Both the position numbers and the translations under genes were made by a program. This document shows positions 1 to 9,115 of a stretch of DNA of 64,000 bases, one piece after another. The notes under the pieces were generated by a model. The model searched no databases and was not told where the DNA came from. It worked only from the letters and a program-made list of their open reading frames with translations. The DNA is from Elusimicrobiota bacterium. Lineage in GTDB: Bacteria > Elusimicrobiota > Elusimicrobia > UBA1565. Within the stretch, counting starts at the first letter, position 1. Each line of letters opens with the position of its first letter. Where the stretch lies: positions 51,295 to 115,294 of the forward strand of contig JBDRPD010000105.1 of NCBI GenBank assembly GCA_043827405.1, read 5' to 3'.

Positions 1-300
1 GCCTGTCCCTACGGGGCCCGGAGCTTCAATTACCGCGACCCGCGGCCGTTCATTAAGAAGCTCCGCAAGGAGTTTCCCACCCGCACCAAAGGCGTGGTGG
101 AGAAGTGTAATTTCTGCGAGGAGCGGCTGGCCAAGGGCCAGGGGCCGTCGTGCGTGGAAGCGTGCAAGGCCCAGGCCCTCACCTTCGGCAACCTCGATGA
201 GCCGGATTCTGAGATACGCAAGCTGCTCAGCTCGAGGTATACCGTCAGGCGCAAGGCCGGGCTCGGGACCGGCCCGCAGGTCTACTACGTGATGTCATGA
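1..300 (+). CDS. dsrO: DsrO 4Fe-4S dicluster protein, 5'-truncated by the window edge
   Basis: Frame 1 is open from base 1: [17 protein letters not shown]...[16 protein letters not shown]...PSCVEAC, directly upstream of dsrP. Confidence 0.88.
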   Translation, partial: ACPYGARSFNYRDPRPFIKKLRKEFPTRTKGVVEKCNFCEERLAKGQGPSCVEACKAQALTFGNLDEPDSEIRKLLSSRYTVRRKAGLGTGPQVYYVMS

Positions 301-307
301 GGAACTT

Positions 308-1468
308 ATGCTGCTAGAGAAGGCGCTCATCGGAAGCAAGAAGTACTACCTGTGGATGGCATTTTTGGCCGGCGTGATCGGCGTGGGAATGCTGTTCTAC
401 CTCAAGCAGTTCTGCTACGGCCTGGGAGTGACGGGTCTGAGCCGCGATGTCTCTTGGGGCTTCTATATCGCGCAGTTTACCTTTCTCGTCGGCGTGGCGG
501 CGTCGGCGGTCATGGTGGTGCTGCCGTACTACCTGCACGACTATAAGGCATTCGGCAAGATCACGATCCTCGGCGAGTTTATCGCCGTCCCGGCCGTCAT
601 CATGTGCCAGCTGTTTATCTTCGTCGATATGGGCCAGCCGCTGCGCCTTATGAACGCGATGCTGTACCCCACCCCGGGATCGATGATCTTTTGGGACATT
701 ATCGCGCTGTCGGGCTACCTGGGGCTTAACTTGCTCATCGGTTTCGTGACGCTCAGCTGCGAGCGCAAAGACGTCCCCCCTCCGTCCTGGATCAAGCCGG
801 TGATTATTCTGTCGATCCCGTGGGCGGTCAGCATCCATACGGTGACGGCGTTCCTCTACTCCGGCCTCGCGGCCCGGCCGTTCTGGATGACCGCGGTGCT
901 GGCGCCTCGCTTCCTGGCTTCCGCCTTCGCCGCCGGTCCGGCGCTGCTGATCCTGCTCTGCCTGGTGCTGCGTAAGATCTCGAAGTTCGACGCCGGTGAG
1001 CAGCCGATCCAGAAACTGGGCGTCATCGTAACCTACGCTATGGTGGCGAACGTCTTCTTCGTGCTCATGGAGCTCTTCACCGCCTTCTACAGCGGTATCC
1101 CGGAGCATATGGCGCACTTCGAGTTCCTGTTTGTCGGCTTGGCCGGCAACACCACCTTGGTCCCTTGGATGCGGACTTCCGCGGTGCTGGGGCTGCTGTC
1201 TTTGGGTCTGCTGCTGTGGCCGGGGATGCGCCGCAAAGAAGGCGTTCTCGCGGCCGCCTGCGTCATGGTCTTCGCCTCATTGTGGATCGACAAGGGGCTG
1301 GGCATGATCATCGCCGGCTTTATTCCGTCTCCGCTGGGCACCATCCCGATGTACTGGCCGACCATGCCCGAGCTGATGGTCAGCCTCGGCATTTACGGGA
1401 TCGGGGCGTTTATCCTCAGCGCTCTCTACAAGATGGTCCTGACCATGCGGGGGCAGGTCGCGGCGTAA
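308..1468 (+). CDS. dsrP: DsrP, NrfD/PsrC-family integral membrane subunit of DsrMKJOP
   Basis: Motifs GLSRDVSWGFYIAQFTFLVGVAASAVMVVLPYYLH, SIPWAVSIHTVTAFLYSGL and APRFLASAFAAGPAL; about 10 TM segments. Confidence 0.92.
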   Translation: MLLEKALIGSKKYYLWMAFLAGVIGVGMLFYLKQFCYGLGVTGLSRDVSWGFYIAQFTFLVGVAASAVMVVLPYYLHDYKAFGKITILGEFIAVPAVIMCQLFIFVDMGQPLRLMNAMLYPTPGSMIFWDIIALSGYLGLNLLIGFVTLSCERKDVPPPSWIKPVIILSIPWAVSIHTVTAFLYSGLAARPFWMTAVLAPRFLASAFAAGPALLILLCLVLRKISKFDAGEQPIQKLGVIVTYAMVANVFFVLMELFTAFYSGIPEHMAHFEFLFVGLAGNTTLVPWMRTSAVLGLLSLGLLLWPGMRRKEGVLAAACVMVFASLWIDKGLGMIIAGFIPSPLGTIPMYWPTMPELMVSLGIYGIGAFILSALYKMVLTMRGQVAA

Positions 1469-1517
1469 GGATCAAGGCATCGACTCGCGAACAAGCCCCT
1501 GGATCCGCTTGGGAATG

Positions 1518-2432
1518 TCAGACGCGATTATGGACCCTCGATAGTCGAAAACTCTTGCGGAGCATATTCGCGATCGGGTTGAGCCTTAGGCGATCCGCGA
1601 ACGTAACGAGATAGATGCTGTCATGTATTCCTGCTAAGCATCCATCGCCGACAACAGCCAGCGCATTTTTTGGCCTGCTGGCGGAAAATGTATTGAAGTC
1701 TAGCGGCGCGATCCCATATCCTGCAATTGCGAGACGACGCGCATCTTCAACGTTCTGAACTTCGGCCACGACGCGCGGTTTGATGCTGTGCTGCGAAAAA
1801 TAAGCTTGCAGCAATCGGAAGACATCACCGGGCACTCTAGGCAGCAGCATCGGAGCGCCGTCAAGATCTTTCGGTAGTCGAGAGTATTGTCTGGCGATAG
1901 CCGGCTTGGCCGCTAAAAGAATGGGGATCATCCCAATACGAAGAACGTTGAACCGCGAATTAGGTCCTACTGAAAAACAGTCATCGCTCAGCACAATATC
2001 CAAACGAAACTCCCGCAAGTCGAGCAGCAGCTGTTCAAATGATGCCTCATGGCAGGTTATTTGGACCTCCGGATAGGCCTCGAGTATGCGGCACAGCATC
2101 GCATGGGTGAATGTCCTCGGAATGCCCGTCACGATGCCCACTTGAATAGAGAGACTGCTTTGCGACGGGCGGTCGCGTAGGTCGTCCGCCAGCTCCTGCC
2201 CAATCTGAAAGATCGCCTCGGCGTAACGAAGTACGACGCGGCCCTCCTCTGTTAGTGAAAACTTGCGAGCATCGCGGTCGAATAATCTCCGGCCCATCGC
2301 CTTCTCGAATACTCGCAGCTGCGTGCTTAGCGTGGGCTGGGCAAGAAGGAGCTCCCTGCTCGCTTTGGCGATGCTTCCTGCCTTGGCGATCGAATAGAAT
2401 AAATACAAATGATGGTAGTTGATCCTATGCAT
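1518..2432 (-). CDS. LysR-family transcriptional regulator (NhaR-like)
   Basis: N-terminal HTH INYHHLYLFYSIAKAGSIAKASRELLLAQPTLSTQL; substrate-binding domain follows; divergent from the next operon. Confidence 0.88.
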   Translation of the reverse strand: MHRINYHHLYLFYSIAKAGSIAKASRELLLAQPTLSTQLRVFEKAMGRRLFDRDARKFSLTEEGRVVLRYAEAIFQIGQELADDLRDRPSQSSLSIQVGIVTGIPRTFTHAMLCRILEAYPEVQITCHEASFEQLLLDLREFRLDIVLSDDCFSVGPNSRFNVLRIGMIPILLAAKPAIARQYSRLPKDLDGAPMLLPRVPGDVFRLLQAYFSQHSIKPRVVAEVQNVEDARRLAIAGYGIAPLDFNTFSASRPKNALAVVGDGCLAGIHDSIYLVTFADRLRLNPIANMLRKSFRLSRVHNRV

Positions 2433-2467
2433 AGAATTTTTAGAACTCAGCCTCCTCTATTATCTAA

Positions 2468-2496
2468 TTTACAATATACAACACTTCGACTATACT
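2468..2496 (+). promoter_or_regulatory. sigma70-like promoter
   Basis: TTTACA-17 bp-TATACT in the AT-rich divergent intergenic region. Confidence 0.55.
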
Positions 2497-2537
2497 AGCG
2501 ACAATCGGCATCTGCGGCGATTGTGAGGCGGGGATTT

Positions 2538-2969
2538 ATGAACGAGAAAACGAGGGCGAGGAGCAACCCGGCGGCGACGGAAGGCTTGCGTTCGGATGCG
2601 GACGCGCTTATGACGATCGCGATCATGGCCGCGTCGGCGAAGGGCGGCATGGAAATGCGGAAGTTGACGCGGCTGCAGGCGCTGGCCAGGCACAGCCCGG
2701 AATTTAGACATCTGCAGGATGTCAGCACCTATGTCTGCATTATGGTGGGGAAGACCGCTCGGGATAATAAAACCGCGGCGTTGCAGCGTTCCGTGGCGAC
2801 ACTGTCTTCCAGTCTCAGGAAGAAAGCATATGCCTGGGCGCGCGCAATGACTTCTGATAGCGAGACGGAGTCGGAAGATGAGGGTGAATTCCTGAACGTT
2901 CTGCGGCGGAGACTTAAAATACCGCATCAGGAGGAAGTACACCGCCTCTCGGGAGAGATCCATGGGTGA
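2538..2969 (+). CDS. TerB-like (tellurite resistance family) protein, divergent copy
   Basis: Paralogous to the next ORF (DA.M.IAI.A, AYAWA, EGEFL..LRRRLKI); ATG at 2538. Confidence 0.55.
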   Translation: MNEKTRARSNPAATEGLRSDADALMTIAIMAASAKGGMEMRKLTRLQALARHSPEFRHLQDVSTYVCIMVGKTARDNKTAALQRSVATLSSSLRKKAYAWARAMTSDSETESEDEGEFLNVLRRRLKIPHQEEVHRLSGEIHG

Positions 2970-3393
2970 GATGCTCGCGGGCACGGGTTCAAAACATAAA
3001 TTGTCGGAGGCGGATGCGATTATGGCGATCGCAATCGGGGCGACTCTCTCGGATGGAGAATTGCAGGAACGCGAAATCGTGCGTCTGCGGATGCTGGCAT
3101 ATATTAATCCCATGTATGACAAGATAGAGAACGTAGACGACTACATAGGCTCAATGCTGGAAGCGATTAAACGCGAGGGCTGGGGAGATGCGCTTGATTT
3201 TGCCGTTGCCGCGCTTTCCCCGCGGATGAAAGAAACGGCCTATGCGTGGGCAGCAGAGATCACTTTTTGCGATAGGAAGATGCATGAGGGCGAGCATCTG
3301 TACCTGCGTCAGCTTCGTAGACAGCTTGGTATCCACGGGACATTGGCGGGGAAGATTAAGGCGGTTACGGAAATTCGCAATCGAAGCGTCTAG
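2962..3393 (+). CDS. TerB-family protein
   Basis: SDGELQEREI and ETAYAWAAEITFCDRKMHEGEHLYLRQLRRQLGI match the TerB pattern. Confidence 0.7.
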   Translation: MGEMLAGTGSKHKLSEADAIMAIAIGATLSDGELQEREIVRLRMLAYINPMYDKIENVDDYIGSMLEAIKREGWGDALDFAVAALSPRMKETAYAWAAEITFCDRKMHEGEHLYLRQLRRQLGIHGTLAGKIKAVTEIRNRSV

Positions 3394-3409
3394 CAGGGAT
3401 AAGTTTCCC

Positions 3410-3661
3410 ATGAGCCGAAAACAACCGAAAACTGTAGGCGTCGGAACACGGGTTACTTTTAGGAACGTGGGGACGGAGGAGGTTTCGAGCTATGTTCTGA
3501 CTTCGTCCCTGAAAGCCGATCCAGCCGCCGGCATTATTTCAATCGCGTGTCCGCTGGCCCGAGGCATAGAAGGGTGCCGGGTGGGAGATAAGCCGTCGGT
3601 GGAATTGACTGAGGGGTTTATTATCGTTGAAATTCTTGATGTCAAAGCCGCAAAAGAATAG
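3410..3661 (+). CDS. GreA/GreB C-terminal-domain-only protein
   Basis: VGVGTRVT...ADPAAGIISIACPLARGIEGCRVGD; ATG at 3410; the N-terminal coiled coil is absent. Confidence 0.7.
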   Translation: MSRKQPKTVGVGTRVTFRNVGTEEVSSYVLTSSLKADPAAGIISIACPLARGIEGCRVGDKPSVELTEGFIIVEILDVKAAKE

Positions 3662-4224
3662 TGATTCTCGGGGTCCATCATCGATGCGAATTTGTATTCT
3701 ACATATTGGCGATGGTCGTCGCTGTCGTCGTGATTGTGAGTGCCTTGGGCTGCGCAAAGTCTGAAGCTCAGTCGGAGGAGGAGGTATCGATCGGTTCCCG
3801 ATACGCGCGGACTAAAGATCATACGCGGAAAGTTAAGATGATCCAATTATTCCTGATGTATTCCGGTCTCGACCCCGGATACGTCGACGGGGTGATGGGC
3901 GCCGGCACCCGGGAAGCGGTTAAAGAATTTCAGACTTCCCGAGGCCTGCCGTTGTCAGGATTTATCAGCAAGCGGACGTTGCGCGAACTGGAGAGGGCAA
4001 TAGGGGATGACTGCCCGACTTCCGTCTGGGATGTGCAATTCGCCTTACGGGAAGCGGGTTTTGATCCGGGAATAATCGACGGGGGCATCGGCGACAAAAC
4101 GAGGAAGCGAATTGAAGAGTTTCAGATGGATAACGGGTTGAAAGTCACTCGCACGATCAATCCTGATACTTGGTCGGAGCTTAAGAAATATCTCAAAACC
4201 GCCAAGTCCGCTGTGCCGAAATAA
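3661..4224 (+). CDS. Peptidoglycan-binding domain protein, possible lipoprotein
   Basis: Two PG_binding repeats (DPGYVDGVMGAGTREAVKEFQ, DPGIIDGGIGDKTRKRIEEFQ); hydrophobic N-terminus ending in LGC. Confidence 0.78.
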   Translation: MILGVHHRCEFVFYILAMVVAVVVIVSALGCAKSEAQSEEEVSIGSRYARTKDHTRKVKMIQLFLMYSGLDPGYVDGVMGAGTREAVKEFQTSRGLPLSGFISKRTLRELERAIGDDCPTSVWDVQFALREAGFDPGIIDGGIGDKTRKRIEEFQMDNGLKVTRTINPDTWSELKKYLKTAKSAVPK

Positions 4225-4230
4225 ACGCAG

Positions 4231-4725
4231 TTGATGGGAGGGCGCATGCTGAATTTTCCGAAGCCGTGCCGCCGGGAGAATGTCGAAACCGGCAAGAATT
4301 ATCACCGTGTTAGGCGGGACGGCTTTACGCTGATCGAATTAATGATTGTGGTCGCAATCATCGGAATTCTAGCGGCGGTCGCTATACCGAAGTTCGCAGA
4401 TCTGGTCCGCAAGTCCAACGAAGGAGCGACAAAGGGCAACCTGGGCGCCGTTCGCAGCGCATTAAGTATCTATTACGGAGACCAGGAAGGACTATACCCG
4501 AACACTCCTGCAGCGTTGACCACCGGCGGCGACTATATAGATATGATCCCCGAGGCGAGAACGCCGAGCTATCATGCAGACTCGGGTACTATCAGCCAAA
4601 GTCAGAGCACCAATGATACCGGCGGCTGGGGATATAACAATACCGCAGGCGCTGCTAACTTCGGCTTCCTTTTTGTAAACTGCTCGCATACAGATTCAAA
4701 AGGAAGCATCTGGAGCTCCTATTAG
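4231..4725 (+). CDS. Type IV pilin/pseudopilin (prepilin N-methylation domain); start uncertain
   Basis: G|FTLIELMIVVAIIGILAAVAIP followed by KFADLVRKSNEGATKGNLGAVRSALSIYYGD. Confidence 0.85.
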   Translation: MMGGRMLNFPKPCRRENVETGKNYHRVRRDGFTLIELMIVVAIIGILAAVAIPKFADLVRKSNEGATKGNLGAVRSALSIYYGDQEGLYPNTPAALTTGGDYIDMIPEARTPSYHADSGTISQSQSTNDTGGWGYNNTAGAANFGFLFVNCSHTDSKGSIWSSY

Positions 4726-4737
4726 CCCGCCGCAAAC

Positions 4738-4755
4738 CCCGCAAAAAGTTGCGGG
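4738..4755 (+). terminator. Stem-loop after the pilin gene
   Basis: CCCGCAA-AAAG-TTGCGGG. Confidence 0.4.
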
Positions 4756-4810
4756 AAATTACTTGGTCAAGGATGTGCGCAGCGCGTACTGATCCGGGGA
4801 TCCCCTCTGC

Positions 4811-6838
4811 ATGATTGCCCTTGACTTCCTGCAAGATCTTACCTTGGTCCTGATCTCCGCAGCGGCCGTGCTGCTGCTTTTCCGCCGCTTAAAGCAGCCG
4901 CCGGTCCTGGGGTATCTGGCGGTGGGGCTCATCCTCGGTCCTCACACGCCGCCGGTCAATTTGGTCGCCGATCCGCACAGCTTGGAGGCGTTGGCCGAGA
5001 TTGGGGTCGTCTTCCTTTTGTTTGCGCTGGGGGTGGAGTTCAACCTCAAACGCCTGGCCGCGGTGGGCGCGCGGGCTCTGGTATGCGCGGGGCTTGAGGT
5101 GCTGCTGCTTTCGGCCGCGGGCTACTATGTCGGAATCCTCATCGGAATGAAGCCGTTGGGGGCACTGCTCTTCGGCGGGGTGATCTCGCTGGCCAGCACG
5201 GCGATCACGGCCCGCATGCTCTTGGAGCACGGTGGAAGCTCTACGGGTTGGGGAGAGCTGGCCTCCGGGGTCCTGATTGCGGAGGACATTATTGCGGTGG
5301 TAATGATCGCGTTCTTCGCCTCCGTCGGAGAGTTCGGCAGCCCCTCGGTCGCAACCGTCTTTTCGATGGTGGCGCGCTTCGGAATGCTTGTTACGCTGAT
5401 CCTGGTGGCCGGGCTCCTGGTTCTTCCCGGTGTCCTCGCGCATATCGAGAAGTCCGGGATCAAAGAGGTCTACACACTCGTCATCATCGGGACGTGCTTC
5501 GGGGTCTCTTTTCTGACCGAGAAGCTGGGGTTCTCATCGGCGCTCGGTGCGTTTTTAGCAGGAGCCATGATGTCCGAGACGGCAACGGCAACCAAGCTCC
5601 GCGAGAGTGTCGAGCCCTTCAAGACGGTATTCGGGGCGGTGTTCTTCGTCGCAGTGGGGATGATGATCAATCCCAGCTGGATCTTCTTGCACTGGCAGCT
5701 CGCGCTTGGGCTGACGACGTTTGTGGTGCTGGCCCGGCTCGTGGTCAATTTCGGCGCACTTTCCCTGGCGGGTGAGGAGCCGGGGGGCGCGGTGCAGGCG
5801 ACGCTCGCAAGGCTTCCCATAGGCGAGTTCTCGTTCATCCTGGCGCAGCTCGGCGACCGGCAGGGTCTTGCGGAGTGGCCGTTATATCCGTTGGCCGTGC
5901 TGCTGTGCCTGGGAACGACGCTCTTTTCCGCCAGTCTGCTGCCGCCGGTGGCCGCGGCGCCGGCGCGCGTTGAGCGCCTGCTTCCCGATATGCTCAAGCG
6001 TTTCTTGGTGGAGTACCGCTCCGGCCTCAAGAGGCTGTCGGTTCCCCGGCGGGCACGGTTGGTAATGGACCTCATCCGCCCTTCCGTGATCCAGATATTC
6101 CTAAATGTCCTCGGGCTGAGCGGCCTGTTTCTCATGGCGAACGCCTTCGATAAGAGGTTCGGCTTCGACGTTCGTTATCCTGGCGGGGTGTGGCTGGCCG
6201 CGGCCTTTGTAATGCTGCCCTTTTTATTGGCTCTCTGGCGCAAAACCCAGGCCGTCACCTTGATTTTGCTGGAGGCCTTCACGACCCGGGGAGCGGATCC
6301 GCGTCCGCCGGCGGAGACCCATCCCTTGATGACGCGATTCATGCTCAGCATGGCCACGGTGGTCGTCGCCTGGTGGTTTCTGAGCATGAGCCTCAGTATC
6401 CTGCCTCCCTGGCCGTACACGCTGTTCCCGGTAGTCCTGATGCTGGGGGGCGGGATGTTCCTTTGGCGTGAGATGAACCGACTCTACTCTAAGATTCAGG
6501 TGAGGCTGCGAGAGACCCTGGAAAAGGGACACGCGCTGCCCGAGGCCGGAGCGACCGTGCTGTCGCATCTTGTGGAGAATCCCTCCCTGTCGCGAGTTCG
6601 CATCGCCTCATTTGTGATCAGCAAGCACTCGGGGGCGGCGGGTAAATCCATTCGAGAGCTGAACCTCCACGCATTGACCGGCGCCAGCATTGTCCAGGTC
6701 AACCACTGCGGAGAGGCTTTCCCCTCCCCCGGGCCGTCGGTCAGGCTGCACGAGGGCGATGAGGTCCTTCTTGTTGGGACTCCAGAGGAAATTTCTTCGG
6801 CCAGGGAGCTCCTATGCGGAGGCGACCGTGCAAGATAG
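4811..6838 (+). CDS. CPA2-family cation:proton antiporter with C-terminal TrkA-C domain
   Basis: LAEIGVVFLLFALGVEFNL, GVLIAEDI, LGAFLAG and IGEFSFILA; C-terminal GKSIRELNL...L.EGDEVLLVG. Confidence 0.9.
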   Translation: MIALDFLQDLTLVLISAAAVLLLFRRLKQPPVLGYLAVGLILGPHTPPVNLVADPHSLEALAEIGVVFLLFALGVEFNLKRLAAVGARALVCAGLEVLLLSAAGYYVGILIGMKPLGALLFGGVISLASTAITARMLLEHGGSSTGWGELASGVLIAEDIIAVVMIAFFASVGEFGSPSVATVFSMVARFGMLVTLILVAGLLVLPGVLAHIEKSGIKEVYTLVIIGTCFGVSFLTEKLGFSSALGAFLAGAMMSETATATKLRESVEPFKTVFGAVFFVAVGMMINPSWIFLHWQLALGLTTFVVLARLVVNFGALSLAGEEPGGAVQATLARLPIGEFSFILAQLGDRQGLAEWPLYPLAVLLCLGTTLFSASLLPPVAAAPARVERLLPDMLKRFLVEYRSGLKRLSVPRRARLVMDLIRPSVIQIFLNVLGLSGLFLMANAFDKRFGFDVRYPGGVWLAAAFVMLPFLLALWRKTQAVTLILLEAFTTRGADPRPPAETHPLMTRFMLSMATVVVAWWFLSMSLSILPPWPYTLFPVVLMLGGGMFLWREMNRLYSKIQVRLRETLEKGHALPEAGATVLSHLVENPSLSRVRIASFVISKHSGAAGKSIRELNLHALTGASIVQVNHCGEAFPSPGPSVRLHEGDEVLLVGTPEEISSARELLCGGDRAR

Positions 6839-7010
6839 GAACGAGAAGAAGGGCATATTACTCGTCGGGGTCCTGGTTTTAGCCGTTATTTCATGTCTTT
6901 TGGGACCGTCGCTTTTGGATTTGCCTGGCTCTCAAGTGCAGGAATCGATTGTGCTGATATTGTTCCCCTTTTTTCTATTCTATGCGTGGTGGACTCGGAG
7001 CAGGCCTTAA
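6828..7010 (+). CDS. Small two-TM hypothetical protein (60 aa)
   Basis: GTG start preceded by GGAGG; two hydrophobic segments. Confidence 0.35.
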   Translation: MQDRNEKKGILLVGVLVLAVISCLLGPSLLDLPGSQVQESIVLILFPFFLFYAWWTRSRP

Positions 7011-7041
7011 CCTGTGATTAGGATTTTGCTTTACTACCGTT

Positions 7042-7452
7042 ATGTGCGAGACCAAGACGATCATATACGAGACCATGATCCGCGAGCAGTATCTGGACTC
7101 GCTCGGCCACGTCAACAACGCCGCCTACGCGACGCTGTTTGAGGAGGCGCGCTGGCAGCTGGTGACCGACGGCGGCTTCGGCCTCGACAACGTAAAACGG
7201 ACGGGATTATCGCCGGTCATTATCGAGATGAACCTGCGCTTCCGGCGCGAGGTGTGCAACCGAGAAAAGATCCGCATCGAGACGCGCTGTCTTTCCTATC
7301 TGGGGAAGATCTCGAAGCTCGAGCAGGTCATGTACAACGAGAAGGGCGAAGCGGCCTGCGTCGGCAAGTTTACCTTCGGGCTCTTCGACCTCAACTCGCG
7401 CCACCTCGTCGACCCGACGCCCGAGTGGCTCAAGGCGATCGGAGCGTCCTAG
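7042..7452 (+). CDS. Acyl-CoA thioesterase (YbgC/FadM hotdog family)
   Basis: LDSLGHVNNAAYATLFEEAR motif. Confidence 0.85.
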   Translation: MCETKTIIYETMIREQYLDSLGHVNNAAYATLFEEARWQLVTDGGFGLDNVKRTGLSPVIIEMNLRFRREVCNREKIRIETRCLSYLGKISKLEQVMYNEKGEAACVGKFTFGLFDLNSRHLVDPTPEWLKAIGAS

Positions 7453-8432
7453 TGCGCTGGTTCGTCCTGCTTCTCTTGCTAAGCGCTTGTGCTCCCCGCA
7501 CGCCGCAGCACGATCCGCTGGAAGACGCAAAGAAAGCCCTCACGATGCCGATCCACCGCCTGGAATCGTACGCTTTTGATCCCATGGTTCCCATGAGCGA
7601 GCGGATAGGCAATTGCGCGGGCTTTCTGGTCGAGTACTATGCCAAGATGGACGGCCGCGACAATTACCGGGCTTACACCGCGACGCCGGCGGAAAAAAAG
7701 CTTCTGGCCGACCGCATCGCCGAGCTCCCGGCCGGCATGCGCGCCGCCCTTGAGAAAAAGCTGATCGGCATCTGCTTTATCGAGAACTTCCTGGGCAACG
7801 GGCTGACCGACTGGGTCGCGGGGCCGAACCAGGACCTCTACGCGAACATGGTCTTTAATCCCGCCGGCTTTAATAAGACGCTGTCGCAGACGCTGACCGA
7901 GCGCGACTTGTCGGTATTCAAAGATGCCGCCGCGGTAAAGATCGACGCCGGCGGCAAGTTCCCCGGGATCGTCTACACGTTGCTGCACGAGATCACTCAT
8001 GCCTACGACTACGTCGCGGGAATTACGCCCTATACCGAGCCGCAAATCCGCTATGCCCTGCACGGCGGAAAAGGCATCAAGGTGAAGTGGGACGTCTGGG
8101 ACGCCTACTACCGGCCTAAAAAGGGCGCGGATTATCCCCTCCGCGGCAAGCTGGTGTTCTACGGTCTCGGCGAGGGGCCGCAGCTGCGGGCGGCGCAGGC
8201 GCCCAAGCTGTACCGGCAGTTGGAGGGCTCTCCTTTCGCCTCGCTATACGGGTCACAATCCTGGGGCGAAGACGTCGCCGAGCTGCACGTTTTCTACCAC
8301 ATAACCGAAGTTTTGCGGCAGCCTTACGCCATCACGGTTTCCGACGGAAAGGGCGGCAGCTTTATCGTCGAGCCGATGAAGAATCGGCGCGTCCGCAAGC
8401 GCGCGCAGTGGCTGTTCACGCAGCTCAAGTAG
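7452..8432 (+). CDS. Lipoprotein, putative zinc metallopeptidase
   Basis: GTG start gives MRWFVLLLLLSAC (lipobox); LLHEITHAYD (HExxH) and distal EDVAE. Confidence 0.6.
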   Translation: MRWFVLLLLLSACAPRTPQHDPLEDAKKALTMPIHRLESYAFDPMVPMSERIGNCAGFLVEYYAKMDGRDNYRAYTATPAEKKLLADRIAELPAGMRAALEKKLIGICFIENFLGNGLTDWVAGPNQDLYANMVFNPAGFNKTLSQTLTERDLSVFKDAAAVKIDAGGKFPGIVYTLLHEITHAYDYVAGITPYTEPQIRYALHGGKGIKVKWDVWDAYYRPKKGADYPLRGKLVFYGLGEGPQLRAAQAPKLYRQLEGSPFASLYGSQSWGEDVAELHVFYHITEVLRQPYAITVSDGKGGSFIVEPMKNRRVRKRAQWLFTQLK

Positions 8433-8472
8433 CCGCGCTTCCGGATTAGCTACAATTTACCTGGAGGACGCT

Positions 8473-9114
8473 ATGCCCAACACCTATTTGCCGATCGGAC
8501 TATCCCTGAAGAACCGCCGCTGCCTGATCGTGGGCGGCGGCCATATCGCGCTGCGCAAGATCGAGGCGATGCTGGACTACGACTGCAGGATCACCGTCAT
8601 CGCGCCCGAGACCGTCGAGAAGATCGATTACTTCGCGGAGGCCGGCCGCCTGACGCTGGCGAAGCGCGCCTACAGGTCCCCGGAGGCCAAAAAGTTCGGC
8701 ATCGTCATCGCGGCCTGCGACGACCGCAAGGTCAATAAAAAAATCGCCGCCGACTGCGAGAAGGCGGGCGTGCCGATCAACGTCGTCGACGACCCCGAGC
8801 TCTGCGGCTTCATCTTCCCCGCCATCGTCCAGCGCGACAACCTGACCGTCTCCGTATCGACCGACGGCAAGTCGCCCTTCCTGGCCGGGCACCTGCGGCT
8901 GATCCTCGAGGACATCTTTCCTGAGCGCTGGAAGAAGATCGCCGGAGCGGCCGCGCAGTTCCGGAGCATGGTTCGCCAGCGCTGGCCGAAGTCCCCCAAG
9001 GAGCAGACGGCGTGCTACAAGCGCTTTGTCGAGGCCGATTGGAAGACGGTTCTGAAGGATAAAAAGGATGCCGGTGAGCTCGAGGACGTGCTCGTCGACC
9101 TGCTGAGCGAATAG
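8473..9114 (+). CDS. sirC: Precorrin-2 dehydrogenase / sirohydrochlorin ferrochelatase (CysG N-terminal, Met8p type)
   Basis: LIVGGGHIALRK, NVVDDPELCGFIFPAIV and VSTDGKSP. Confidence 0.88.
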   Translation: MPNTYLPIGLSLKNRRCLIVGGGHIALRKIEAMLDYDCRITVIAPETVEKIDYFAEAGRLTLAKRAYRSPEAKKFGIVIAACDDRKVNKKIAADCEKAGVPINVVDDPELCGFIFPAIVQRDNLTVSVSTDGKSPFLAGHLRLILEDIFPERWKKIAGAAAQFRSMVRQRWPKSPKEQTACYKRFVEADWKTVLKDKKDAGELEDVLVDLLSE

Positions 9115-9115
9115 C

